53,349 nt of DNA from Octopus bimaculoides (Eukaryota): positions 44,559,848 through 44,613,196 of the forward strand of contig NC_068989.1 in the NCBI RefSeq assembly GCF_001194135.2. The letters are read 5' to 3'. The translations under genes were made by a program, and so were the position numbers. The notes beneath the pieces are model-generated. The model made no database searches. It saw only the letters and a program-made list of their open reading frames with translations, and was not told the origin of the DNA. Positions within the stretch are counted from its first letter, which is position 1. Each line of letters begins with the position of its first letter. Below are positions 22,936 through 35,080 of the stretch, one piece after another.

Positions 22936-23820
22936 AAACTGAATTCTAGAAGTGCTGTGTTCCATCCACAAGTAACAATATAACTTTTCACACACCCTAC
23001 TCCAACAAACCAAACTGCATCTCTTCTCTTCCTCACATTTCTTCTTTTTCATGCACTACGCTTATCTCTCACTCCCTAATCCTGCCCTGTTCTCTGTATC
23101 ATTGCTATCCCACTCCCTCTATATACTCAGGTTTCACCAGTCACTGCATTACCCACCGCCACATACTTTGCATTCACATGAAATCTCGACCCCTTTGGCA
23201 ATACCCTACCATTTATATTCTGATCCCTGTACTTTGAGAGTATGCCCTGGCTCTTCACCACCATCTCTCTCCTGCTTTCTCACTCTTTTCTACTCCCTCT
23301 AACTAGGTACCCATATATCTCCTCTATTGCATCACATGTTTCTGTTGTCATTCTTGATCACTCTCTCTCTCTCTCTTTGACTGAGTAATCATGTATCTCT
23401 TCTACAGTAAGACACTTGTTTCTGTCTTTCTGACACACTCTAACCTTTCATCACCTGGCACAAAGTCACCTCTTCCAATGCCCCTTCCTCTCTCAACGGA
23501 TCTTTGTCTTGCAAGCTATTTAGTGACCCTATCAGTGTTGGTGCCACATAAAAAGAATCCAGTATATACTGTAAAATGGTCGGTATTTGGAAGGGCATTC
23601 AGCTGTAAAAATGATGCCAAACTGACTTTGCTTGTGCTGGTGCATGTAAAAAGCACTCAGTGGGGTGGATGGTGTTAGGAAGGGCATCCAGCTGCAAAAA
23701 AAACCATGCCAAAACAGACACTGAAGCCTGATGCTGTTTTCTGCCTAGCCAGCTCCTTCAAACTGTCCAACCCCCATGACATCATGGAAAGTGGACATTA
23801 AATGATGATGAAGATATATA

Positions 23821-25290
23821 TCTATCTATACTATATATAAAACAAAGATGTGTGTGTAATCGCTTTTCACGTGAAATCTACTTCACCAAATGCTTCCATA
23901 CTTGTGATGCGTGAATAATTTGACCTTGGATAAATCTTAGGCTCTTCATTTGATTTTTTTAATTAAAAATAAATAATATTGCTTTATATTTANNNNNNNN
24001 NNNNNNNNNNNNNNNNNNNNNNNNNNNNNNNNNNNNNNNNNNNNNNNNNNNNNNNNNNNNNNNNNNNNNNNNNNNNNNNNNNNNNNNNNNNNNNNNNNNN
24101 NNNNNNNNNNNNNNNNNNNNNNNNNNNNNNNNNNNNNNNNNNNNNNNNNNNNNNNNNNNNNNNNNNNNNNNNNNNNNNNNNNNNNNNNNNNNNNNNNNNN
24201 NNNNNNNNNNNNNNNNNNNNNNNNNNNNNNNNNNNNNNNNNNNNNNNNNNNNNNNNNNNNNNNNNNNNNNNNNNNNNNNNNNNNNNNNNNNNNNNNNNNN
24301 NNNNNNNNNNNNNNNNNNNNNNNNNNNNNNNNNNNNNNNNNNNNNNNNNNNNNNNNNNNNNNNNNNNNNNNNNNNNNNNNNNNNNNNNNNNNNNNNNNNN
24401 NNNNNNNNNNNNNNNNNNNNNNNNNNNNNNNNNNNNNNNNNNNNNNNNNNNNNNNNNNNNNNNNNNNNNNNNNNNNNNNNNNNNNNNNNNNNNNNNNNNN
24501 NNNNNNNNNNNNNNNNNNNNNNNNNNNNNNNNNNNNNNNNNNNNNNNNNNNNNNNNNNNNNNNNNNNNNNNNNNNNNNNNNNNNNNNNNNNNNNNNNNNN
24601 NNNNNNNNNNNNATATTTATGCATGTACGTATACATGACAACAAACCTCTCTCTCTCACTCACACTCTGTCTCTTACAAACACACACATACATAAATGTA
24701 TACAAACATATTTACAAAGACACACGTGTGTATGCACACGCACGTGCTCCAGTATTGACGTAACAACGGCAAAAAAGCTTCATTCTATTTTGTGTGTGAC
24801 TTTGTGTGTTCGTGTGTATGAGAGAGAGAGAGAGAGTAAATACTACATATACACCGCTCTCTCACTCTGTCTCACACACATACACACGCACACCCCTTGA
24901 CTCCCTAACACTCTGTCTCTTACAAACACACACATGCATAAATGTATACAAACATATTTACAAAGACACACGTGTGTATGCGCGCATGCGTGCGTGCGTG
25001 GGGAGTTCCACAATCGCCATTTATTTCAATTACTCTTGTGAGGATATTCACGTAAATCATTTTTTTCATTTAATCCCCATTTTAATTTTCGTAAAAGTTT
25101 CCAAGTACCAATGAGGCTTTTTGGCACATCTTCAATTTTCCCCATTCATGTGAGGCGCCCAGCCATCATTCATCTGAGAGTCCATCTACAGAATGTCCTC
25201 TCATATTTCTATACAGCATATTTTGCCTTTTTTTCTTCAAGTATATAAGCAATAATTTCATTCTCGAGCAACGCCGGGTGCCTCTGCTAG
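23821..25290 (+). mobile_element. Non-autonomous Helitron with both termini
   Basis: 5' A|TCTATCTATACTATATATAAAAC. 3' hairpin CTCGAGCAACGCCGGG followed by CTAG|T, inserted between A and T with no TSD. Internal Rep/Hel relic NEAFWHIFNF...HVRRPAIIHLRVHLQN at about 25105-25210. Spans an N-gap, so continuity is assumed. Confidence 0.85.
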
Positions 25291-25364
25291 TATATAAATA
25301 TATATATAAAGATCAACCAACAACTTCGTCTGGAACAAATTATAAAGATATATAAAAAAAGTAA

Positions 25365-26680
25365 GTAGGAAAGCAAACAAATCACAAATACCTTCAGGTA
25401 GATGGACCTGCTTCATTTGTAGAAAAGGTGTAGATAGAAACTCCATCAGATGTACGTGGTGTAAGCTATGGACACATAAGAGGTGCAGCAATATGAAAGG
25501 AAGGTTAACTAGGAAGATAGTTTTTGTGTGTGGCAGATGCACAGGCGCAATAAACACCAAAGATGTACAGAAAACAGATTCCATCACATGCCAGGGGAAA
25601 AACTAGATGTAGTTGATAGCTTCCCTTACCTAGGCGATCAAATCAGTAGTGGGGTGGATGCTCTGAGAGCTTAGCTGCTAGAATAAGAATAGCCTGAGCA
25701 AAGTTCAGAGAGCTCCTACCTCTGTTAGTAACAAAGGGCCTCTTGCTCAGAGTGAAAGGTAGACTGTATGATGCATGTGTGTGAATGACCATACTACATG
25801 GCAGGGAAACATAGGCTGTGATGGCTGAGGATATGCACAGGCTTGAAAGAAATTAAGCCAGTATGCTCTGCTGGATATGTAATGTTATTGTGCATACACA
25901 ACAGAGTGTAAGCTCCCTGAGAGAAAAGCTGGACATAAGAAGCATCAGATGTGGTGTGCAAGAGAGACGACTGTGATGGTATGGTCATGTATTGTGTATG
26001 GATGAGGACAGCTGTGTGAAGAAGTGTCACACCCTAACAGTGGAGGGAACCTGTGGAAGAGGTAGACCCTGGAAGACATGGGGTGAGGCGGTGAGGTGGT
26101 GAAGCATGACCTTCAAACATTGGGCCTCACCAAGGCAATTACAAGCAACCAAGACCTTTGGAGATATGCTATGCTTGAGAAGAGCCAGTAAACTGATGCC
26201 AGCGTTGTATAACCGTTTAAAAGTACCCTTCAATCATCGGGCAATATGTTGTGCTTGAGAAGACCTGTTGAGTCAAGTGAAATTGTAGTTGTGGCCGATA
26301 TCATTGCTGCCTGACTGGCACCCATGCCGGCGGCATGTAAAAAGCACCACTCAAGCATGGCTGATGCCAGTGCCACATAAGAAGTACCATTTGAATGTGG
26401 TCAATGCCAGTACCATCTGAATGGCTCCCGTGCTGGTGGCATGTAAAAAGCACCATTCGAGCATGGTTGATGCCAGTGCTGCCTGACCGATCCCTGTGCC
26501 AGTAAAACGTAAAAAAGCACCCACTACACTCTCGGAGTGGTTGACGTTAGGAAGGGCATCCAGCTGTAGAAACCTTGACAGATCAGACTGGAACCTGGTG
26601 CAACCTCCTGGCTTGCCAATCCTTAGTCTAACTGGCCAACCCATGCCAGCATGCAAAGCAGACGCTAAAAGATTATGATG
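25365..26680 (+). mobile_element. 5'-truncated RTE LINE with intact 3' UTR and (GAT)n tail
   Basis: PHD-like Cys motif, LRVKGRLYDACV...LHGRET, CGRGRPWKTW, then a 3' UTR with tandem GTGCC..GGCA(C/T)GTAAAAAGCACC units. Confidence 0.93.
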
Positions 26681-27479
26681 ATTATATATATAGCTGTGTG
26701 TTAAGAAGCTAGACACAAGTGCTGCTGGGGGGGGGGGGGAGAAGCTTGCTTCTCAACTACATAGCTCCAGGGTTCAGTGCCACAGTATGGCACCTTAGGC
26801 AAGTGTCTTCTACTATAGCTTTGGGCTGACCAAAGCGTTGCGAGTGGAAGCCCATTGTGTGTGAGGGTGTATGTGTATGTTTGTTCCCCCTCCCACAGTG
26901 TGACGACCTGTGTTAGTGTGTTTCTGTCCCCATAACTTAGAGAGGTAGGGCAAAGAGACTGACAGAATTAGTACCAGGCTTACAAAAAAAAAAAAAAAAT
27001 GTGGTTGATTCATTTGACTAAAATTCTTCAAGGCTGTGCCCCAGCATGGCCGCAGTCTCATGACTGAAACAAGATAATATATATATCATCATCATCATCA
27101 ACATTTAACGTCAATTTTCCATGCCGGCCAGACAGGAGCTGGCAAGGTCAGAGGCTGCACCAGGTTCCATTCTCTATTTTGGCTTGGTTTCTATGGTTGG
27201 ATGTCCTTCCTAATGCCAACCACTTTACGGAGTGTATTGGGTACTTTTTACGTGGCATCAGTACCAGTACTTTTTATGTGGCACCAATCACACCAATGTT
27301 TTTCACGTGGTATTTTGGTTTCAGGATGTCAATTGTGTTGTGGTGGACGAGTAAAAAATTCGGGTGGGTGGGTAAGTGTGGAAGAGAGAAAAATGCATGT
27401 ATAATACGTATGATAAAACATGCCAAAAAATAAACAGTAAAAGAACTTTAAAGGGAAAAGAGTGAATGGGCAGACTGGT

Positions 27480-28081
27480 GAATTTCAGAAGCATGGAATG
27501 TTTGAAGATAGTAAACCACAGCATACATATGTAAACACCGTATCCACAGACCGTAGGGATCTCGGACAATTGTCTAGTGTACTCGACAGCCGACAGCTCT
27601 GCATCTACGCTAAATTGTTGTATTAAAGGTAAAGATATCAGACACGCAAGGTGGTTAATTAAGTTGTGAAAAACGGGAGATGGGAATATAACCAAGGGAG
27701 GTAATAATGATTATATTTCAGACATGCGCAATGCTCTGAAATCTAATGTCGGTCAAATCCGTACTGGACCAGCTATGGGTTTTATATTGTGTTGAACAAC
27801 GTTGATGTAACTTACATTCCTATCATTTCACTCGTAAAATACTCTCACACACACACGCACAACAATATATGTAAGCTGAGGCAATTAGAAAGAAAAAAAT
27901 ACAGCTGTAACAATAATAATAATCCCATCAACTGACTGAAAACGTTGGTTGATCTGCTGAAGTTACAAAACAAGGATATTTTTGGTTTGTTTTCTCCTCT
28001 TTGGGTTTTGTTTCCTGCGTACATTCAGTCTTGTGTATCTTAGTAATGAGACACTGAACTGTTTTTGGCATTGTTAGCAAC
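27480..28081. promoter_or_regulatory. Putative GET4 promoter / 5' UTR region, possibly bidirectional
   Basis: CpG-enriched unique sequence just upstream of the GET4 ATG. Plus-strand donor AAG|GTAAAG at 27629 and acceptor-like ttgtTAG ending 28077. Minus-strand donor AAT|GTAAGT at 27815-27810. NRF1-like half site CATGCGCA at about 27723. Confidence 0.45.
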
Positions 28082-28185
28082 ATGTGTGCCGAAAGATTAA
28101 GTCGTATTTTAGCGAAATGTCAGGCCTGTGTGGATGCTAACAACTTCTATGAGGCTCATCAGATGTACCGGACATTATACTTCAG
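28082..28185 (+). CDS. GET4: GET4 (Golgi-to-ER traffic protein 4 / TRC35) first coding exon
   Basis: Translates MCAERLSRILAKCQACVDANNFYEAHQMYRTLYF(R), matching the conserved GET4 N-terminal motif YEAHQMYRTLFFR. Ends in AG|GTAAGA, a phase-2 donor at the position where I recall the human exon 1 ends. An in-frame TGA at 28055-28057 supports ATG 28082 as the start. Confidence 0.92.
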
Positions 28186-29539
28186 GTAAGAAAGATACAA
28201 TTTTTTTTAACCTTCGTTTCTTTACTAAAAAACAAAACAAAAACCCAACATTTAGTCGAAGAACAGAAATAAAAAATATCAACAACAATAAATTAGATTC
28301 GCGTTTTGTCATATTCTAACTAAAAGCAACAAATTTTGAACAACCTTTTCTTTGTAGAAATTAATGTAAATATGGTACTCTCCCAAAATGTATTGAACGG
28401 TCCTTCAGTTTAATGTTCAACTATTTCTATATATAACTTTACGTTTTAAAAAGTCGTAAGATTGCCAGTTTTAAAATTGATGTCTAAAATATCCTATTCA
28501 CGTATTCGTGGTTGTGATATTCACTCAGACATGCCTCTTCTTTATAATAATATAACATGTTACATCTTTATTTATTCAGATCCTATAATATACCACGTCT
28601 AACTGTGTTGAATTCCTATTAAAATTAAGTTTGTGTGTGTGTATGTATGTATGTATAAACAAAAATATTGAGCGATCTTTCGGTACAAATATTGATATAA
28701 AATTTCCTTAAATATTTTTTCTGTTTAATGTTAATTGTATTAAGTCAATTGAATTTAGTTAGAGAAGTAAGTTAAAAAAATAGTTTAATACTTGTAATTT
28801 CAGTAACTAATAGTTAATTTACGTAGTTATTTAATTTCAACTTTGCACCTCACGAGAAAGATATTGGTGGAGGCATGCTGTACTTTTTAAGCGATTTCGG
28901 TGCAACATAACTTTGTAATTCCACTCTTTTTTTATATATACACCACTGCTTTTACATATTTGCTGTGATATATGTACAGAATAAGAGATCCATTGCTTCT
29001 TTCCACATTGGATTAATTGTTGGGGTATGATGAATTTACGTACATTTTATTTTTACGTTAGCACAATTCCTCTTGAACAAGGTAATACAGACTTGTATCT
29101 TCCCTGTTCTATGGCGATATGTCATATCAAAGACTTATAAACTAATATTTTTCGGAGATTATTCTAGTCGTTGAGAATCTACTTCCTCGTGTGTCTTCGA
29201 AACGAACATGTACAGAAACAGTTAGATTCCATATTCTATTAGATTCCTAAATGTATGAATCATTTACTAGTGCCAATATCGCATTACTAACATCACTGCA
29301 CTCGTAACATGGTGTGTGATATGGTGGAGGGGGTTCAACTGTCCTGTTAGTTTCTAAAATGTTTGTCTGAAGAATTTGGTTTGAGCTTCCAAATACACAA
29401 AGTAGCAGCGTTAACGACATTATGTTACGTTTGTCGTTTTGTTTGTGTGGGATTGAAACATCTAATATACATAAAGAACAGCTTTCGTCTCTGTAATTTT
29501 TTTTTCCATCGAACATGTACATTTTACACGTAGATAGAT

Positions 29540-29760
29540 TTGCCAACACGAACTGCAGGCAGCCATGTCGTCGTAGCGTATCAGACTTCCGGGCGAACGT
29601 TCGATGGTTCATTTCCTCTCTCCAAACATTATCCCCAATAAAATCGCACCGAGGAGTAGATACAGGTCTCTTTCGTAAGTAGCAAGAGCACTGTCTAATT
29701 TATAACGAGTGTTGCATTATTAATTAAAGTAAAGAGTCATCCTAGAGGCAACCGGAAGCC
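29540..29760. promoter_or_regulatory. Promoter-like island inside GET4 intron 1
   Basis: ETS ACTTCCGG at 29585-29592 and ACCGGAAG at 29751-29758. YY1-like / start context gacATGGCTGCC on the minus strand (ATG at 29566). Palindrome CGAACGTTCG at 29594-29603. Plus-strand donor TTC|GTAAGT at 29675. CpG-rich. Confidence 0.55.
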
Positions 29761-31284
29761 ACTCTAGGTTTCTGTTGCCTCAATAATCCACGTTTCCATT
29801 GGATCCGGATTCTGGTTCTCACTACGTTGTTACACCTGGTGTATTAGGGTGTAACGATTAGAAAGACTGTCTGTTTCCCCGTTAATCTTATCCCGGTACA
29901 ATTATCCACGGCTACCATTACCACCTGTATATTTTGACACATCTGCCAGGATTGTTGCTAAACTGAAAATTCTTGCCCGAGCTTTGGAGTAGCTATCCCT
30001 CGGAGTCTCGTATCTCATGTGAAAGGAAACAGGATATATTTTTTTTTATAGTATTTCTGTGTTTCTATTCAATGGAAATTACGATTTCGAACAGAAATAT
30101 TGCAATAAAAAAAAAAAATGCTTGCCTTCCACGAATTACAGCTATTTCAAAACTCAGCCAAATACTTCACTTGCCTTAGGTATATGTGTGGTCTCATTTA
30201 GTTTTATAATTAATTGCTTGTAATATACTGTTTTGAAAGTGATTACTTGATTAAAATACATGCTCCTCTTTATTGTGTAATAAACAATTATATAGTTTAA
30301 CTATATATACATATATATATATATATATATACACACGTGTGTGTGTGTGTATGTTTAGTGTGTACTGCTCCAGTACAACTGTCACAATTGGGCTGTTTGC
30401 CCAGTTTCCTCCCCCAAGATAACCCCACTGTACTTCATCTCTCTGCAATTTTTTCGTTGATACCGCTCCGGAGCCATTTCACTTGATGTATATTCCTCCT
30501 CCTTAATACTTTCCTTTCCACTGACATTTTACATTGACCCCCCCTCCAACCACCGGAATCGCCATATCGTCTCACCTTCTCTACCACCGTACATCGCATA
30601 CATTGCAGCTGCCTATCTCCCTTTCTCTCTCTCTCCCCTTATCGGTTGTACCTTCATTACTATTCTGCCACTCTTCACTCCCCTGCATCATTGATCACCC
30701 CACCCCGCTTCTTATCCACCATTCACTATATCCCTCTCCTCATCCTATCCGGTTATCCAGTTTACAATTGTCACCTACATTTCCTTACCTCCCCTACCTA
30801 TCATCTACTCAACACTTGTTCTTTATTCATTATATGTTCATCCCCCTCACCTATTCCCCAGCTCTCTTCCATACACGCTTGTAACCTCTGCCTACCTATA
30901 TTCCTGCTTTTTCTCATTTTCATTTGTACCCTCCCCTTCATAATCTTCAGGGTCCGCACAGACACCTCCGCACCGCTGCTTTTATTTCTTCTCTGCCCCA
31001 TGTTGATCGGGACCCCTCTCTAGCCATGTCGTAGCTCCTGGGCAACAAGAAAATTGCCCTGCTCCAGTGCTTTATCTCATACATCATCCCTCCCTCATCT
31101 CCTAGCTTACAGCTGCCTCTTTCAAGGTTTGTAGTCTTGCGAGCTGCTTAGTGACCTCAATAGTGCTGGTGATACAAAAAGAAAAACACCCAGTACACAC
31201 TGCAAAGCAGTTGGCATTAGGAAGGGCATCCAGCCATAGAGATTATGCCAAAGTAGACACTGAAGCACAGTACAGTCCTCTGGT

Positions 31285-32945
31285 GCATTCATCATCATCA
31301 TCATTATCGTTTAACGTCCGCCTTCCATGCTAGCATGGGTTGGACGATTTGACTGAGGGCTGGCGAACCAGATGGCCACACCAGGTTCCAATCTGATTTG
31401 GCATAGTTTCTACAGCTGGATACCCTTCCTAACGCCAACCACTCTGAGAGTGTAGTGGGTGCTTTTACGTGCCACCGGCACGAAGGCCAGTCAGGCGGTA
31501 CTGGCAACGGCCACGCTCAGAATGGTGTATTTTATGTGCCACCTGCACAGGAGCCAGTCCAACGGCACTGGCAATGGCCTCGCTCGAATGTTTTTTCACG
31601 TGTCACTGGCACAAGTGCTAGTAAGGCGNNNNNNNNNNNNNNNNNNNNNNNNNNNNNNNNNNNNNNNNNNNNNNNNNNNNNNNNNNNNNNNNNNNNNNNN
31701 NNNNNNNNNNNNNNNNNNNNNNNNNNNNNNNNNNNNNNNNNNNNNNNNNNNNNNNNNNNNNNNNNNNNNNNNNNNNNNNNNNNNNNNNNNNNNNNNNNNN
31801 NNNNNNNNNNNNNNNNNNNNNNNNNNNNNNNNNNNNNNNNNNNNNNNNNNNNNNNNNNNNNNNNNNNNNNNNNNNNNNNNNNNNNNNNNNNNNNNNNNNN
31901 NNNNNNNNNNNNNNNNNNNNNNNNNNNNNNNNNNNNNNNNNNNNNNNNNNNNNNNNNNNNNNNNNNNNNNNNNNNNNNNNNNNNNAAGTGGAGTTTAGTG
32001 TCCAATGAAGGAAAGGTACGTATAAGTGGGCTGGCTACACCCCTGGCAGAGGCCTCGGATTATAGTCTCACTTGGCTTGCCGGGTCTTCTTATGCACAGC
32101 ATATTTCCAAAGGTCTCGGTCAGAAGTCATTGCCTCGGTGAGGCCCAATGTTCGAAGGTCCTGCCTCACCACCTCATCCCAGGTCTTTCTGGGCCTACCT
32201 CTTCCACAGATTCCCTCAACTGCTAGGGTGTGGCACTTTTTCACACAGCTATCCTCATCCATTCTCGCCACATGTCCATACCAGCGCAATCATCTCTCTT
32301 GCACACCATAACTGATGCTTCTTTGGTCCAACTTTTCTCTCAAGATACTTACAGTCTATCGAGTATGCACACTGACATTACACATCCATCGGAGCATACT
32401 GGCTTCATTTCTTGCGAGCTTACGCATGTCCTCAGCAGTCAAGGCCCATGTTTCACTGCCATGTAGCATGGCTGTTCGTACACATGCGTCATACAGTCTG
32501 CCTTTTACTCTGAACGAGAGGCCCTTTGTCGCCGGCAGAGGTAAGAGCTCTCTGAACTTGCCCAGTTTATTCTTATTCTAGCAGCTACACATACAGCGCA
32601 CCCTCCCCCACTACTAACTTTGTCACCTAGCTAACGGAAGCTATCAACTACGTCTAGTTTTTCTCCCTGGAATGTGGCAGAAGTTGTTTTCTGCACATTT
32701 TCAGTGTTTATTGCCCCTGAACATCTGCCACATACAAAATCTAACTTCCTAGTTAACCTTCCTTTGATATTGCTGCACCTCTTATGTGTCCACAGCTTAC
32801 ACTGGGTACATCTTATAGAGTTTCTACCTACGCCTTTTCTACAGATCGAGCAGAGCCATCTACCTGAGGGGTTTGTGTTTTGTCTACCTTCCTCCTTATT
32901 AGGACTTTGGTTTTAGCTAGGTTGACTCTAAGGCCCTTTGATTCT
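31285..32945 (-). mobile_element. 5'-truncated RTE LINE (minus strand), spans N-gap
   Basis: LESKGLRVNLAKTKVL...RWYGHVARMDEDSCVKKCHTLAVEGICGRGRPRKTWDEVVRQDL, then 3' UTR and (GAT)n tail at about 31290. Confidence 0.93.
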
Positions 32946-33272
32946 AGTCCATTGAATCCTGTAAAACAGTTCAGCCCATGCCAGTACAGAACATGGACAT
33001 TGAATGACGATGATGTATACACACAACTATTACACTGATGAATAAGCATTTCTACTCAGTAATCAGTGAAATAAATAACCGATTAGTCATTATCATTATC
33101 GTTTATTGTCCGTTTTCCATGCTGGCATGGGTTGGATGGTTTGACCAGAGCTGCACCTGGTTTCAGTCAGATGGAGGCACATCATTTAGTAGATGTCTTT
33201 AGCTTTGTCTTAGTCTATTTTTTGATTTGAAGAAGAAAGCACAGTAACCAGGACACAAATTATCTTCTGTAC

Positions 33273-33612
33273 CAGTGGTTCCCAACCTTTTCACTACCAA
33301 GGACCCCTTTTCCCACAGACCCCTTTTCCCACAGACCCCTTTTAATATGCTTATCCTTATGTCTGTCTTGTCAGTGAACAGGTCGCGGTCTCAAAGCGAC
33401 GAAAATATTTTGACAAATTAAATTTAAATGTTGAAGTGAATCTGACGGCTTTTGTGTGTTATTTTAAATGGCTTATAAACACCTTCCACACTGCAATTGT
33501 TTTCGTTCCAGCACACGATCTCATATATGAAATCTTGAATTTAGTTCATGGACCTCCAATATTACCTTTGTGAACCACCAGCGGTCCATGAACCACAGGT
33601 TGGGAGCCACTG
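33273..33612. mobile_element. hAT (Charlie-like) MITE
   Basis: TIR CAGTGGTTCCCAACCT / AGGTTGGGAGCCACTG. Degenerate 8-bp TSD TTCTGTAC / TTCTATGC. Confidence 0.85.
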
Positions 33613-34862
33613 TTCTATGCGTTATAATTAAGGAAAGTTAAGTCAATGAATAAATCTGTATTTTGAATGGTGATATTTAACTAATTCTTTTTCAAACTAA
33701 AGTTTTGCTGGCTTAGGACTTCTGATAATCGTCAATTCCAAACTTTTAAGTTGACATTTTTGATCTGTTGTGAAAATTTCATCTGGCTGTGTTTGAACTT
33801 GGTGTTTCTCAACCTTTTCTTATTCCATACTTTTCTTTAATTGTATGTCCCCACCAAAAAAATAAAAAAGAAACCCTGCACTCTATTATGAATGGACAAA
33901 TTTTGTTTGTTTACGAGTTTTAATTTAGACTTTATTGCAAGTTTTATTCACTTGTTACTTATGACCCATTTTCAAGTAACCCACATCAAAGACCTGACAA
34001 ATTCCACTCATTCTACTGAATGAAAGATTTCCTTTGTTAACCTGCTCTTTTCCATTCCCCTTTATTTATTTACTTTTTTTGTAAAATCTATTTGAATAGA
34101 TTAGTTCTTGCATAAAATGGTGTTTTTGAGTTCAGTCCTTCCTCCCAGAACATCAGTCCTCTGGAATTTCCTCACCAGCATTTTTACCCCTGCTGATATC
34201 AGATGTGCTAACTGAACATAGTCTATTCTCCAACATTTACACAACACCAATCTAGTTTTACATTTATGTGACAATGTAAAATTTCGTGCATATGTAAAAT
34301 AATCCTAAATTTATTTGAAACATATGTAATTTGATTGTATTCTGAATTCTTGTTAGGGTTTCTGTTAGTCTAAGTCAACTACGTATCTAACCCTAAAAGT
34401 GAAGATCTGGGCAAGATCTTATTTTGCTTTTGCAGAAGATTGGTAGTTTACTTGTGCATGTAGGTATGTGGTTGTTATTGTCCAAAGGAAAGGTTGGTTT
34501 TGGGTCAATGCAGCTTGACCAATGCGGTTACAAGCATCAACAGCTTCATCATAATTTAATATCCACTTTGCCATGCTTCCATGGAGCAGTAAAAAAAATT
34601 GTTGAGGTAGATTTTCTGGGGCCCAATGTTACCAACTCACTCCTGTTTCCAAGCAATAGTAATATTTCCCCATGGAACAAACTACATTTCTTGCATGAAT
34701 GTGACTTTCAGAAACATTTCTTCACACTCACGATTATTGAAGCAGGGAATGTAGGATCTGCATCCATTGTCAACTGTGGCCCTCAAAAATTCTATGCTTT
34801 CTGAAATTCACCTACACTGCTTCTGATCAGCCTATGCATCCTTATTCTTTATGACTCTTTAA

Positions 34863-35080
34863 TCCTTAAACTTTTAAACTGGCCATATCCAGCTGAAATA
34901 GTTTTCCTCTTTTACATTCAAACTGGACTGGTCCTGCTTTTCACACCTGCTTTACAATGTTAGTGTAAAAATAAACAATAATATTGAAATCTCAAACCTG
35001 TGAGATAATACATGCTTAATTAAAAAAAAAGAAGTGAATAAATAAGCATTACATTTGACAGATAATCTGAATGCCAAGGG
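34863..35080 (+). mobile_element. piggyBac-like MITE, degenerate copy
   Basis: Homologous to 37553-37757 and 51270-51491; flanks TTAA / TGAA. Confidence 0.7.

Noticed and set aside
29594-29603. Heat-shock element
   Set aside because: Only two nGAAn units (GAACGTTC); a functional HSE normally needs three or more.
34424-34804. 126-aa plus-strand ORF
   Set aside because: No recognisable homology, starts at a non-ATG codon, no convincing splice structure; possibly ancient LINE debris on the minus strand.
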